64,000 nt of DNA from Paracoccaceae bacterium. Its GTDB lineage: Bacteria > Pseudomonadota > Alphaproteobacteria > Rhodobacterales > Rhodobacteraceae. This document shows, piece after piece, positions 48,236-57,333 of this stretch (positions are counted from its first letter, which is position 1; each line of letters opens with the position of its first letter). A program made the position numbers and the translations under genes. Below the pieces are notes generated by a model, which searched no databases, had not been told where the DNA came from, and saw only the letters and a list, made by a program, of their open reading frames with translations. The DNA lies in the NCBI GenBank assembly GCA_006226775.1, contig SBGD01000078.1, positions 31,967 to 95,966 of the forward strand, read 5' to 3'.

Positions 48236-49336
48236 ATGTCGAACGTTGTCTATTTGAATGTGCCCGGCCCCAAGGAGCGGCGGGCCGCGCGCAGCGGCGC
48301 GCTCATCCGCAGCTTTGCCGCGCATCGCCGCGGTCCCGAGGACGTGTTCTGGCTCAAGGAAAATGCCGAGCTTCTGAACATCCTCGAAAACACCGGCCAG
48401 GCGGTTCCCGAAACCCTTCTGGAGCCCTACGCCGCATTCTACGAGAATGCGCGCGACCGGCTGGCCTTCTTTCCGCAGTATTACCGCTTCATCCTGTCGC
48501 TCACGCTCGATCTCGAAGCCCTTGGTCTGCGCGGGGATTCGGCGGAAGCCATGTGTGCCTGGGCGCAGCGCATGGATCTGGCCGGCGGCGAGACCTCCGA
48601 TATCCAGCGCCTTGAAGCCTATCGGCTGCTTCAGCGCCGCGGGTTTGATCCGCTGGACGACCAGGGTGGCGCCGAAGCGCGTCTGCGTGACTTCATTGCG
48701 CATCCGGAACGCTTCGCATTGCCCAACAAAAAGGCTGCCTTCGAGCTCACCCACATCGTATTCTACCTGTCGGAATATGGCAGGAAAGACCCGGGTCTCG
48801 GGCCGGATGCGCTGCGGTCGCTGGAGAACGCGGGCATTTTGGCTTTTCTTGACGGGAACCTCGATCTTCTTGCTGAGATCTGCGTGGCGATGCGCTATGC
48901 AGGGTACAACCCTTCCGGGATTTGGGAAGATTGGGTCGCTCGCAAGATGAAAGACTTTCACATCACCGAACTGAACGACGGCGGCCCGGGCCAGCGGCCG
49001 GTCGCGGATGCCTATCACGAATACCTGACCGGATCCTGGCTGGCCGGCACCAAGGGCGAGGCGCTCTTTGCCGAGGTGCCGGTCTGCCGGCAGGGCAGCG
49101 GCCAGCGGCTGGCGATCAACCGCCCTGCAGGCCAGAAGGGCGCGTTGCGCGAGATCTCGGTGCAATTGTTCCGCATGGGGGCAGAGCGTTGCGAGGCCTG
49201 GTCGCCAATGCGCGCCCGGATCGACGCCGCGCTGACCGCGCCGGCGCGCCAGCGACTGGAACAGGCGGAAGCCTCGACCTGCCAGTTCGAGGCCTTTTTC
49301 GAAGATTTCGCGCGGGCCCAGAAGGTGAGTGCATGA
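48236..49336 (+). CDS. Uncharacterised 366-aa helical protein, candidate peptide-modifying enzyme
   Basis: RBS GGAGG; motifs FELTHIVFYLSEYG, DLLAEI, DAYHEY; no recognised catalytic family. Confidence 0.75.
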   Translation: MSNVVYLNVPGPKERRAARSGALIRSFAAHRRGPEDVFWLKENAELLNILENTGQAVPETLLEPYAAFYENARDRLAFFPQYYRFILSLTLDLEALGLRGDSAEAMCAWAQRMDLAGGETSDIQRLEAYRLLQRRGFDPLDDQGGAEARLRDFIAHPERFALPNKKAAFELTHIVFYLSEYGRKDPGLGPDALRSLENAGILAFLDGNLDLLAEICVAMRYAGYNPSGIWEDWVARKMKDFHITELNDGGPGQRPVADAYHEYLTGSWLAGTKGEALFAEVPVCRQGSGQRLAINRPAGQKGALREISVQLFRMGAERCEAWSPMRARIDAALTAPARQRLEQAEASTCQFEAFFEDFARAQKVSA

Positions 49337-50280
49337 CCGCTGCTCTGAACAGACTGAGCCTGCCTGTTCTCGGCACCATATTGGTCGTGATCTACACCGT
49401 GCTGATCACCTTTTCCGATGCGCTGACAAAATACCTGGCGCAATTTTACGAAGCACCGCAGCTTCTGTCGATCGTGGCACTGCTGATCGCGCTGATGTCG
49501 CTGGGCTCGGGACGGATCGGCAAGCATCGCACCCGCGGCAGCCTGCGCACAAGCTGTCCCGGCACCATGGCGCTGCGCGCGGGGCTGACGGTTCTGGCGA
49601 CGGTGATGTTCTTTCACGCGCTGGCCACGCTGGTCTTTGCCCAGGTCTTTTTGTTCATCGCGCTGGTGCCCCTGTTCTCGGCGCTGATGTCCGGGCCCAT
49701 CCTGGGCGAGAAGGTGCGGTTTTCGGTCTGGATCGCGCTGGCCTGCGGCTTTGCGGGCGTGTTGTGCATGGTCAAGGTGGACTTGTCCGCCATCACACCG
49801 GGTCACATCAGTGCCTTCATCGGCGCGGTCTCGGGCACGGCGTCGATCGTGCTGGCGCGCTACATCGGCCGGTACGAGGACAATTCACTGGCCCAGGTCT
49901 TCTATCCGCAAACGGCGGTTTTCCTGTCGATGGTGCTGCTGGCACCGGCGGGCTGGCAGCCGATGCCGCTCTTTGACCTGATGCTGGCCGTGGCCTGCGC
50001 GGTGGTGCTGTTTTCCGCGCGGCTGTTGCTGGTGATCGCGCTGCGGCACCTGACGGCCTATGCGGTGACGCCGCTGATGAACCTGCAATTCGTCTGGATG
50101 GTGGTGATCGGCTTCGTGGTCTTCCGCGAAGTGCCGGAAGCCAGTACCTTTTTCGGCGCGGTCATCGTCATGGTCTCGGGCGGCTACCTGATCTTCGACC
50201 AGCACCAGCGTGGCAGGGAAATCGCGGCAAAGCCCGCCTCCTGGGGCAGCAAGCCGGTGCTCAGCCGCGCGGCCAACTGA
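49333..50280 (+). CDS. DMT/EamA family transporter
   Basis: About 10 hydrophobic helices, two EamA halves (LGEKV...W; F.EVP...GA..VM.SG); ATGA overlap with upstream gene. Confidence 0.9.
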   Translation: MTAALNRLSLPVLGTILVVIYTVLITFSDALTKYLAQFYEAPQLLSIVALLIALMSLGSGRIGKHRTRGSLRTSCPGTMALRAGLTVLATVMFFHALATLVFAQVFLFIALVPLFSALMSGPILGEKVRFSVWIALACGFAGVLCMVKVDLSAITPGHISAFIGAVSGTASIVLARYIGRYEDNSLAQVFYPQTAVFLSMVLLAPAGWQPMPLFDLMLAVACAVVLFSARLLLVIALRHLTAYAVTPLMNLQFVWMVVIGFVVFREVPEASTFFGAVIVMVSGGYLIFDQHQRGREIAAKPASWGSKPVLSRAAN

Positions 50281-50282
50281 CC

Positions 50283-50606
50283 TCAGATCGAGAAGGACGT
50301 GCCGCAGCCGCAGGAACTGCTGGCATTGGGGTTGTTGATCACGAAGCGCGCGCCGATCAGCTCTTCGCTGAAATCGATCACCGCCTCGGCAAGGAAGGGC
50401 AGCGAGACGGCGTCGACCACGACCTTTTCGCCGCAGCCTTCCAGCACCAGGTCGTCATCGGACACGTCATCCAGCCGGATGTCGTATTGAAATCCCGAAC
50501 ATCCGCCGCCTTCGACGGCCACGCGCAGGGCCTTTCCGTCGTCGGCAGCCCCGATCTCGGCCAGGCGGGCAAAGGCCCTTTCTGTCACTTTCGGCGGCAA
50601 CTGCAT
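50283..50606 (-). CDS. erpA: Fe-S cluster insertion protein (HesB/IscA family)
   Basis: VEGGGCSGFQY, NPNASSSCGCGTSF. Confidence 0.9.
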   Translation of the reverse strand: MQLPPKVTERAFARLAEIGAADDGKALRVAVEGGGCSGFQYDIRLDDVSDDDLVLEGCGEKVVVDAVSLPFLAEAVIDFSEELIGARFVINNPNASSSCGCGTSFSI

Positions 50607-50706
50607 GGCAAGTCTCCGGTTTTTCCTCTGGTCTCGCCGCTATCGGCGGTTTCCTCATGGCTCTGCCTGAAATATAGAAACCCCGCAAGCCCGGAACAAG
50701 GAGGCA

Positions 50707-51858
50707 GTGATGCCCGCGCCCCATGCCAGCCGCCCGGACCGTTCGCGCGGCCGGCGCATTGCCGAGGAGGAAAGCCATTTCCGCTCGTGTTTCCAGAGGG
50801 ATCGCGACCGGATCATCCATTCCTCGGCGTTCCGGCGGCTGAAACACAAGACCCAGGTCTTTGTCGAACACGAGGGCGATTACTATCGCACCCGGCTGAC
50901 CCATTCGATCGAGGTGGCCCAGGTGGCGCGCACGATCTCCGGCGCGCTGGGGCTGAACCCCGAGCTGACCGAGGCGGTGGCGCTGGCGCATGACCTCGGC
51001 CACACGCCTTTCGGCCATACCGGCGAGGATGTGCTGGACGCGCTGATGGCGCCCTATGGCGGCTTCGATCACAATGCCCAGGCCTTGCGCATCGTGACCG
51101 CGCTGGAACAGCATTACGCCGAGTTCGACGGCCTGAACCTCACCTGGGAAACCCTTGAAGGCATTGCGAAACACAATGGTCCCGTGACTGGAGTCCTGCC
51201 CTGGGCACTGGCCGAGTACAATGCCGATCATGACCTCGAGTTGCACACCCATGCCAGTGCCGAGGCGCAGGTGGCGGCGATCTCGGACGATATCGCCTAC
51301 AACAACCACGACCTGCACGACGGGTTGCGCGCGGGGCTGTTCACCGAAGACGACATCTGCGACTTGCCCATCGTCGGCCCGGCCTTTGCCGAGGTCGACC
51401 GCAAGTATCCCGGCCTTGCCACCAACCGGCGGCGCCACGAGGGGTTGCGGCGGGTCTTCGGCGTGATGGTGGCCGATGTCATCGACACTTCCGCCGCGCT
51501 GCTGGCGGCCTCGGGCGCGCAATCGGCGCAGGAGATCCGCGATCTGCCCGCCCCGGTGATCCGGTTTTCCGACCCGCTCTGGGCCGATCTGCAACGGATC
51601 CGCGCCTTCCTGTTCCAGCGGATGTACCGCGCGCCCTCGGTCATGGCGGTGCGCAAGGAGGTGGGGCAGGCGGTCGAGGACCTCTTTGCCATCTACATGC
51701 GCGCGCCCGACCTGCTGCCCCCCGCCTGGCAGACCGCGCTGCGCGAGGCACCGCAGGACGAGGTTCGGCGCGCCCGGGCGATCTCGGACTATATTGCCGG
51801 CATGACCGACCGCTTCGCGCTGCAGGCGCAGCGCAGGCTGGGTGTGTCCGAAACCTGA
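50707..51858 (+). CDS. dgt: dGTP triphosphohydrolase
   Basis: FQRDRDRIIHSSAFRRLKHKTQVF, RTRLTHSIEV, LAHDLGHTPFGH, DYIAGMTD. Confidence 0.95.
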   Translation: MMPAPHASRPDRSRGRRIAEEESHFRSCFQRDRDRIIHSSAFRRLKHKTQVFVEHEGDYYRTRLTHSIEVAQVARTISGALGLNPELTEAVALAHDLGHTPFGHTGEDVLDALMAPYGGFDHNAQALRIVTALEQHYAEFDGLNLTWETLEGIAKHNGPVTGVLPWALAEYNADHDLELHTHASAEAQVAAISDDIAYNNHDLHDGLRAGLFTEDDICDLPIVGPAFAEVDRKYPGLATNRRRHEGLRRVFGVMVADVIDTSAALLAASGAQSAQEIRDLPAPVIRFSDPLWADLQRIRAFLFQRMYRAPSVMAVRKEVGQAVEDLFAIYMRAPDLLPPAWQTALREAPQDEVRRARAISDYIAGMTDRFALQAQRRLGVSET

Positions 51859-51965
51859 CGGCCCCGGGGCGGTGCAGGTGCAACCGTTGATGTTCTCCCG
51901 CGTTGACTTTTTCCGGAGTTGACCGGAAGTGACAGTTGTCTGTCCGACATTTTGCGGCGTAAAAG

Positions 51966-51980
51966 TTAACGGATATTTAA
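51966..51980. promoter_or_regulatory. Perfect CtrA consensus box
   Basis: TTAA-CGGATAT-TTAA immediately upstream of ORF 51996. Confidence 0.6.
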
Positions 51981-51995
51981 TCGGATCGTTATTTC

Positions 51996-52613
51996 GTGTC
52001 AAAACCCGGTTTGTTCTCGAAGAAGAATTGTCTCGTTCTGGGGGCGAACCACCCGGTCGGTCGGGCCATGTGCCGCAGACTGGTGGCGCAGGGCGGCTTT
52101 GTCATTGCCGCCGACCGCGACGAAGACGCGCTGCACGACCTGGCCCGCGCCACGCCGGACCGGATCGCGCCGCTCATGCTCGAGATGTCCGACACAAGGA
52201 CGCTGCGACGGCTCTGCGACACCTGGTCGGGCGAGCCGCTGCACCTGTTGCTCATGGCCCACCCGCTGCACGAGACGCTGCTGCTCGATCACGCGCTGAC
52301 CTCGGTGGCCGGGGTGACCGCGGCCCTGGGCGGGGTCATTGCCGCCGCCGAAGGTGCCGCGGTGCTGATGTTCCGCGCCGCCGAGCCCGAGGCGCCCGCC
52401 AGCGCCCAGGCCGGGGCCGAGGCGCTGTCGGCCCTGACCCGCACGCTGGCCGCCAAGGGCACGCGGATCAACGCGCTGGCCCTGCATGCGCCGGCGCTGG
52501 CGCCCGCGATGGCCGAGCGGGTCTGCACCACGGCCCTGATGATGGCGCTGCCGATGGCCGCGGCGGTCAGCGGCGCGGTGCTGCCGGTGGGCCGGCGCGT
52601 CGTATCGCGGTGA
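51996..52613 (+). CDS. Degenerate SDR-fold protein lacking YxxxK
   Basis: Rossmann-like LVLGANHPVGRAMCRRL...VIAADRD and RINAL; catalytic motif region reads ASAQAGAE. Confidence 0.6.
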   Translation: MSKPGLFSKKNCLVLGANHPVGRAMCRRLVAQGGFVIAADRDEDALHDLARATPDRIAPLMLEMSDTRTLRRLCDTWSGEPLHLLLMAHPLHETLLLDHALTSVAGVTAALGGVIAAAEGAAVLMFRAAEPEAPASAQAGAEALSALTRTLAAKGTRINALALHAPALAPAMAERVCTTALMMALPMAAAVSGAVLPVGRRVVSR

Positions 52614-52719
52614 CAAACGTGCTCTGAGGCACACGGGTGCCGCCCTGATACATTTGCAGAGGTTGAAAAGGTTAACTGACGCGATCTAGGCTGCGGGAAA
52701 AACAACCCGAGGTCGTTCC

Positions 52720-53298
52720 GTGGCAAGCCTGAACCGGATTTACATGCAGAAACAAAGCCGGATCCAGATCCGGTCCCTCCAGCCGGAAACGCTGGATGCG
52801 GTCGAGATCTCCGGCGTCTGGGGCAAGAAACTGGGCTTCAAGACCTACCGGTCGCTCTATTATCCCAAGCACGACATCTGCGCCGGGCCGCTGAGCGACG
52901 GCGCGGGTCCGATCACCTGCGACATCGTGCTGGCCAACCAGGTCTGGGAGCACCTCGACCGGCCCTATGCGGCCATCGGCCACGTCCGCGAGATGCTGCG
53001 CCCGGGCGGGTATTTCTGGATCGCGGTGCCGTTCTTCGTGCCGCATCACGGCGCGCCGGTGGATTGTTCGCGCTGGTCGGCGCGCGGATTGGCCAACCTG
53101 CTGATCGAGGCCGGCTTTGCCGAGGAAAACGTGGTGTCCGATCAATGGGGCAACCGCGCGGCGGGCCTGCGCAACATGGTCGGCAAATGGCCGCCGGCCT
53201 ATGACAAGGACAACGACGACCTGAGCAACGATCCGCGCTTTCCGATCTGTGCCTGGGCGCTGGCCCAGAAGGAAGGGGTCCGGCCCGCGACGCCCTAG
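52720..53298 (+). CDS. Class I SAM-dependent methyltransferase domain protein
   Basis: CDIVLANQVWEHL..P......MLRPGGYF.I.VPF...H..P.D..RW. Confidence 0.75.
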   Translation: MASLNRIYMQKQSRIQIRSLQPETLDAVEISGVWGKKLGFKTYRSLYYPKHDICAGPLSDGAGPITCDIVLANQVWEHLDRPYAAIGHVREMLRPGGYFWIAVPFFVPHHGAPVDCSRWSARGLANLLIEAGFAEENVVSDQWGNRAAGLRNMVGKWPPAYDKDNDDLSNDPRFPICAWALAQKEGVRPATP

Positions 53299-53516
53299 GT
53301 TGCGTCGCGGTAATGGCGCAGCACATAGAGGCGGATGGCCGAGGCCAGGCCGCAATCGGTGCCGCGATCTTCATCAATTTCGGCGGCCAAGGCATTGATC
53401 GGACGGCTTTTTTCGGCAGCGATCTCGCGGAAGGCCAGCCAGAACTCATCCTCCAGCGACACCGAGGTCCGGTGGCCGCGCAGGGTGAGCGATCTTTTCT
53501 TTGGCCGTCCGTTCAT
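53295..53516 (-). CDS. Ribbon-helix-helix domain protein
   Basis: KRSLTLRGHRTSVSLEDEFW..F.EIA......LASAIRLYVL. Confidence 0.88.
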   Translation of the reverse strand: MNGRPKKRSLTLRGHRTSVSLEDEFWLAFREIAAEKSRPINALAAEIDEDRGTDCGLASAIRLYVLRHYRDAT

Positions 53517-53673
53517 ATTTCTACCAGTCCACACGTCCCGGGTCCGATCCGCGACAAGCCCCGACGCGCCCTTGGCACGCCGTTTCGCCCATCCCGGAAC
53601 GTAAATGTTTTCAACGGGTTCCGGATCAATCTTCACCGGAACCTCAGCTGAACTCTACACAAGCCTGACCAGG

Positions 53674-53688
53674 TTTACAAAACTTTAA
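53674..53688. promoter_or_regulatory. CtrA-like box (one mismatch)
   Basis: TTTA-CAAAACT-TTAA upstream of the RHH gene. Confidence 0.35.
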
Positions 53689-53702
53689 GGCGATTTGATG
53701 TT

Positions 53703-53900
53703 CTAGCTGGCATCTTCTGGTGGCATTTCAAGCCTGCTGCGGTCCAGATGCGCCTCGCGGCGCGTGGTTTCCGAGGCATCGGCGTGTTTCTGCCGCGCAT
53801 TCCGCCCGAATTTCACCGAATTCTCGGCAGAGCGGGCTTTCGCGGCCTCCCGGGACTTCTGTTTCCGGGCCTGCCTGAGATTGATGATTTTCGCGGCCAT
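53703..53900 (-). CDS. DUF4169-like small basic protein
   Basis: MAAKIINLRQARKQK.R......AEN.VKFGR. Confidence 0.8.
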   Translation of the reverse strand: MAAKIINLRQARKQKSREAAKARSAENSVKFGRNARQKHADASETTRREAHLDRSRLEMPPEDAS

Positions 53901-53957
53901 GTCTCTTCCCTTCAACCAGGGAAAAGGTAGCCATTTCAAGGGGGAAGTCAAATCAAA

Positions 53958-53986
53958 CGCCCGGCACGGCGGAGTCGTGCCGGGCG
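53958..53986 (-). terminator. Hairpin downstream of fumC
   Basis: CGCCCGGCACG-GCGGAGT-CGTGCCGGGCG, 11-bp stem. Confidence 0.6.
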
Positions 53987-54004
53987 GATTCCTGCCGGTC
54001 GGGC

Positions 54005-55396
54005 TTACTTCGGGCCGACCATGTTCTCGGGGCGCACCACGCGCTCGAAGGTCTCTTCGTCGACAAAGCCCAGTGCGATCGCCTCGTGCTTCAGCGTGGT
54101 CTTGTTGCGGTGCGCGGTCTTGGCGACCTTGGTGGCATTGTCATAGCCGATCTCCGGCGCCAGCGCCGTCACCAGCATCAGCGACTCGCGCATCAGCTTT
54201 TCGATCCGGTCGCGGTCGGCTTCCAGCCCCTCGATCAGGTTGTCGGTGAAGGCGGACGCGGCGTCGCCCAGAAGCTGCATGGATTGCAAGACGTTATAGG
54301 CCATCATGGGCTTGTAGACGTTGAGCTCGAAATGCCCCTGCGAGCCGGCAAAACCGACCGCGGCGTCATTGCCGAAGACATGCGCGCAGACCTGGGTCAG
54401 CGCCTCGCATTGCGTCGGGTTGACCTTGCCCGGCATGATCGAACTGCCGGGCTCGTTCTCGGGCAGGATCAATTCGCCCAGTCCGCAGCGCGGCCCGGAG
54501 CCGAGAAAGCGGATGTCATTGGCGATCTTGAAGAGCGAGGCGGCGACGGTCTTGAGATGGCCCGAGATCTCGACCATGGCGTCATGGGCGGCCAGTGCCT
54601 CGAACTTGTTGGGCGCGGTGACGAAGGGAAGCCCGGTGATCTCGGCCATATTGGCCGCCACGGTGGTGTCCCAGCCGGGCGAGGTATTCAGCCCGGTGCC
54701 GACCGCGGTGCCGCCCTGCGCCAGCTCGTAGATCCGACCCAAGCCATCCTTGACCCGCTGGATGCCCATGGCGATCTGGTGGGTGTAGCCGGAGAATTCC
54801 TGCGAAAGCGTCAGGGGCGTGGCGTCCTGGGTGTGGGTGCGGCCGATCTTGATGATGCCGTCGAATTCCTCGACCTTCTTCTGCATCGCGGCGTGCAGCT
54901 TTTCCAGCCCGGGGATCAGCACGTCATGCGCACACATCGCGGTGGCGATATGCATGGCGGTGGGGAAAGTGTCGTTGGAGCTTTGCCCCATGTTGCAATG
55001 GTCGTTGGGGTGGACCGGGTCCTTCGAGCCGCGCGTCCCGCCGAGGATCTCGATGGCGCGGTTGCCGATCACCTCGTTGGCATTCATGTTCGACTGGGTG
55101 CCCGACCCGGTCTGCCAGACCACCAGCGGGAAGTTGTCGTCGAACTTGCCCTCATAGACCTCGCCCGCGGCCTGGATGATCGCATCGGCGATGCGCGCGT
55201 CCAGCTTGCCGCTTTCCTTGTTGGCCATCGCGCAGGCCTTCTTGATCACACCCAGGGCGCGGACGATGGCGATGGGCTGCTTTTCCCAGCCGATGGGGAA
55301 ATTCAGGATCGAGCGCTGGGTCTGCGCGCCCCAGTACTTGTCAGCCGGGACTTCCAGCGGGCCGAAGCTGTCGGTTTCAGTGCGGGTTGCGGACAT
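54005..55396 (-). CDS. fumC: Fumarate hydratase class II
   Basis: [38 protein letters not shown]. Confidence 0.97.
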   Translation of the reverse strand: MSATRTETDSFGPLEVPADKYWGAQTQRSILNFPIGWEKQPIAIVRALGVIKKACAMANKESGKLDARIADAIIQAAGEVYEGKFDDNFPLVVWQTGSGTQSNMNANEVIGNRAIEILGGTRGSKDPVHPNDHCNMGQSSNDTFPTAMHIATAMCAHDVLIPGLEKLHAAMQKKVEEFDGIIKIGRTHTQDATPLTLSQEFSGYTHQIAMGIQRVKDGLGRIYELAQGGTAVGTGLNTSPGWDTTVAANMAEITGLPFVTAPNKFEALAAHDAMVEISGHLKTVAASLFKIANDIRFLGSGPRCGLGELILPENEPGSSIMPGKVNPTQCEALTQVCAHVFGNDAAVGFAGSQGHFELNVYKPMMAYNVLQSMQLLGDAASAFTDNLIEGLEADRDRIEKLMRESLMLVTALAPEIGYDNATKVAKTAHRNKTTLKHEAIALGFVDEETFERVVRPENMVGPK

Positions 55397-55538
55397 GAGG
55401 GACACTCCTTGACGTTTGTCCCTTCAATACCGCAAACCGATCCGAGATCAATGAAGCATACGACGGAATACCGCGCTGTTGGCGATATCATCGGGCAGGG
55501 CCGCGGCGGAATGCCGCCCTGTCGGGCGGCGGCGGGCG

Positions 55539-56003
55539 CTACTTGCGGAAGCTGTCGAGGCTCACCACTTCGGCATCATGGGCGGCGGGCTTGTCCTCGT
55601 CGTCGGTGTCGTCCTCGTCGGGCAGGGCGGCGAGGGGCGGATCCTCGTCGTCCTGGGTCTCGAAGCGCAGGCCGAATTCCACCGAAGGATCGACGAAGGT
55701 CTTGATGGCGTCATAGGGGATATAGAGCGGCTCGGGCGCATCGCCGAAATTCAGCGTCACCGAGAAGCCGTCGTCGCCGACATCGAGGTTCTCGTACCAA
55801 TGCTGCATCACCACGGTCATGTCCGAAGGGTAGCGTTCGGACAGCCATTGCGCCATTTCCACGTCCGCATGGGTGGTGTCGAAGGTGATGAAGAAGTGAT
55901 GCTCTCCCGGAAGGCCGTTTTTGGCAACGTCTTCCAGCACTTCCCGAATGAGCCCGCGCATGGCGCGGTGCATGAGATTGCCGTAGTCGATGCTGCTTTT
56001 CAT
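55539..56003 (-). CDS. sspB: ClpXP adaptor SspB (alphaproteobacterial type)
   Basis: IDYG.LM..AMRGLI, GLPGEHHFFITF.T, YP.DMTVVMQHW, C-terminal VVSLDSFRK. Confidence 0.88.
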   Translation of the reverse strand: MKSSIDYGNLMHRAMRGLIREVLEDVAKNGLPGEHHFFITFDTTHADVEMAQWLSERYPSDMTVVMQHWYENLDVGDDGFSVTLNFGDAPEPLYIPYDAIKTFVDPSVEFGLRFETQDDEDPPLAALPDEDDTDDEDKPAAHDAEVVSLDSFRK

Positions 56004-56076
56004 GTCGTTTCCCCGGAAGGTCGCCGTCAATCATAGGGGATTCGGATCGAAACGAAAGGCCCTGTGAACGCTGCTG

Positions 56077-57333
56077 TCACAATCCGGTTGCAACCGCCAG
56101 ACCCCAGGCCGCAAGCGCAGAAACCAGCAAGGTCAGCGGCACCCCGCGGTGCAACCCGAAGATCAGCAGGGCCGCCAGGCAGGTCAGCCCGAAGGCAAGC
56201 GGATCGAAGCTTGCCAGATCGGGCAGGGGCAGGCGGACGGGCCCAAGACCGACGACGACGCTCCGGGCAAAGAGCACGTTCAGCGCGAACCACAGCGACA
56301 GGTTGGCGATCACCCCGACCACCGCGGCGGTGACCGCCGACAGCGCGGAATTGATCAGGGGACGCGAGGTCAGCATCTCGAGATAGGGCGCGCCCGCGAA
56401 GATCCACAGGAAACAGGGCACGAAGGTCATCCAGAGCGTCAGCAACCCCGCCACGGCAAAGCCCATCCAGCCAGTCTCGCCCCAGCCCGCAAGATGCCCG
56501 ACGAACTGGGTGACGAGGATCAGCGGCCCCGGCGTGGTCTCGGCCAGCCCCAGCGCGTCGATCATCTGGTCGGTGGTGATCCAGCCCTGCGCCTGCACCA
56601 CCTCCTGGGTCATGTAGGCCAGAACCGCATAGGCCCCATCAAAGGTGACCAGCGCCAGCTTGCCGAAAAACAGCGCCAGATCGAGCAGGAAGGGCTCGTT
56701 CAGCGCCCAGAGCACCACAAGCGGCACAAGCCAGAGCCCGCCCCAGGTCGCCACGGCCCGCACCGGTGCCTTGCCTGCCGCGACCTTTGGCGGGGCCTCT
56801 GCCGCGCGGTCGACCCGAAGCGCGCCGATCCCGGCGGCCAGTGCGATGATCAACGGAAAGGGCAAGTGCAGCGCGTAGAGCCCGACAAAGGGCGCCAGCG
56901 CCAGCGCCACCTGCACCGGGCCGTTCAGCGCCTTGCGCGACAGCCGGGTCAAGGCCTGTGCCACGATCACGATCACCGCCGCCTTCACCCCCAGAAACAG
57001 CGTCTGCACCAGCGGCACATCGCCATAGAGCAGGTAGACCGCCGCCAGCCCGGCGATCACGAAGGCCCCCGGCAGGACAAAGAGCAATCCCGCCAGAACC
57101 CCGCCAAAGGTGCCGCGCAACCGCCAGCCGGCATAGGTGGCCAGTTGCATCGCCTCCGGCCCCGGCAGCATCATGCAGAAGCTCAGCGCGCGCAGGAATT
57201 GCTCTTCGGTGAGCCAGCCGCGATCCTCGACCAGCTCGCGGTGCATCACCGCGATCTGCGCCGCCGGGCCGCCAAAGGACAGAAGGCCGATGCGCCCGAA
57301 GGCGTGCAGAAGTTCGGAATTCGACGGGCTCAT
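56077..57333 (-). CDS. chrA: Chromate efflux transporter
   Basis: IGLLSFGGPAAQIAVMHRELVE, LPGPEA.QLA, DALGLAETTPGP. Confidence 0.93.
   Translation of the reverse strand: MSPSNSELLHAFGRIGLLSFGGPAAQIAVMHRELVEDRGWLTEEQFLRALSFCMMLPGPEAMQLATYAGWRLRGTFGGVLAGLLFVLPGAFVIAGLAAVYLLYGDVPLVQTLFLGVKAAVIVIVAQALTRLSRKALNGPVQVALALAPFVGLYALHLPFPLIIALAAGIGALRVDRAAEAPPKVAAGKAPVRAVATWGGLWLVPLVVLWALNEPFLLDLALFFGKLALVTFDGAYAVLAYMTQEVVQAQGWITTDQMIDALGLAETTPGPLILVTQFVGHLAGWGETGWMGFAVAGLLTLWMTFVPCFLWIFAGAPYLEMLTSRPLINSALSAVTAAVVGVIANLSLWFALNVLFARSVVVGLGPVRLPLPDLASFDPLAFGLTCLAALLIFGLHRGVPLTLLVSALAAWGLAVATGL

Noticed and set aside
52661-52676. CtrA site upstream of the methyltransferase
   Set aside because: Only one TTAAC half-site; the second half does not match.
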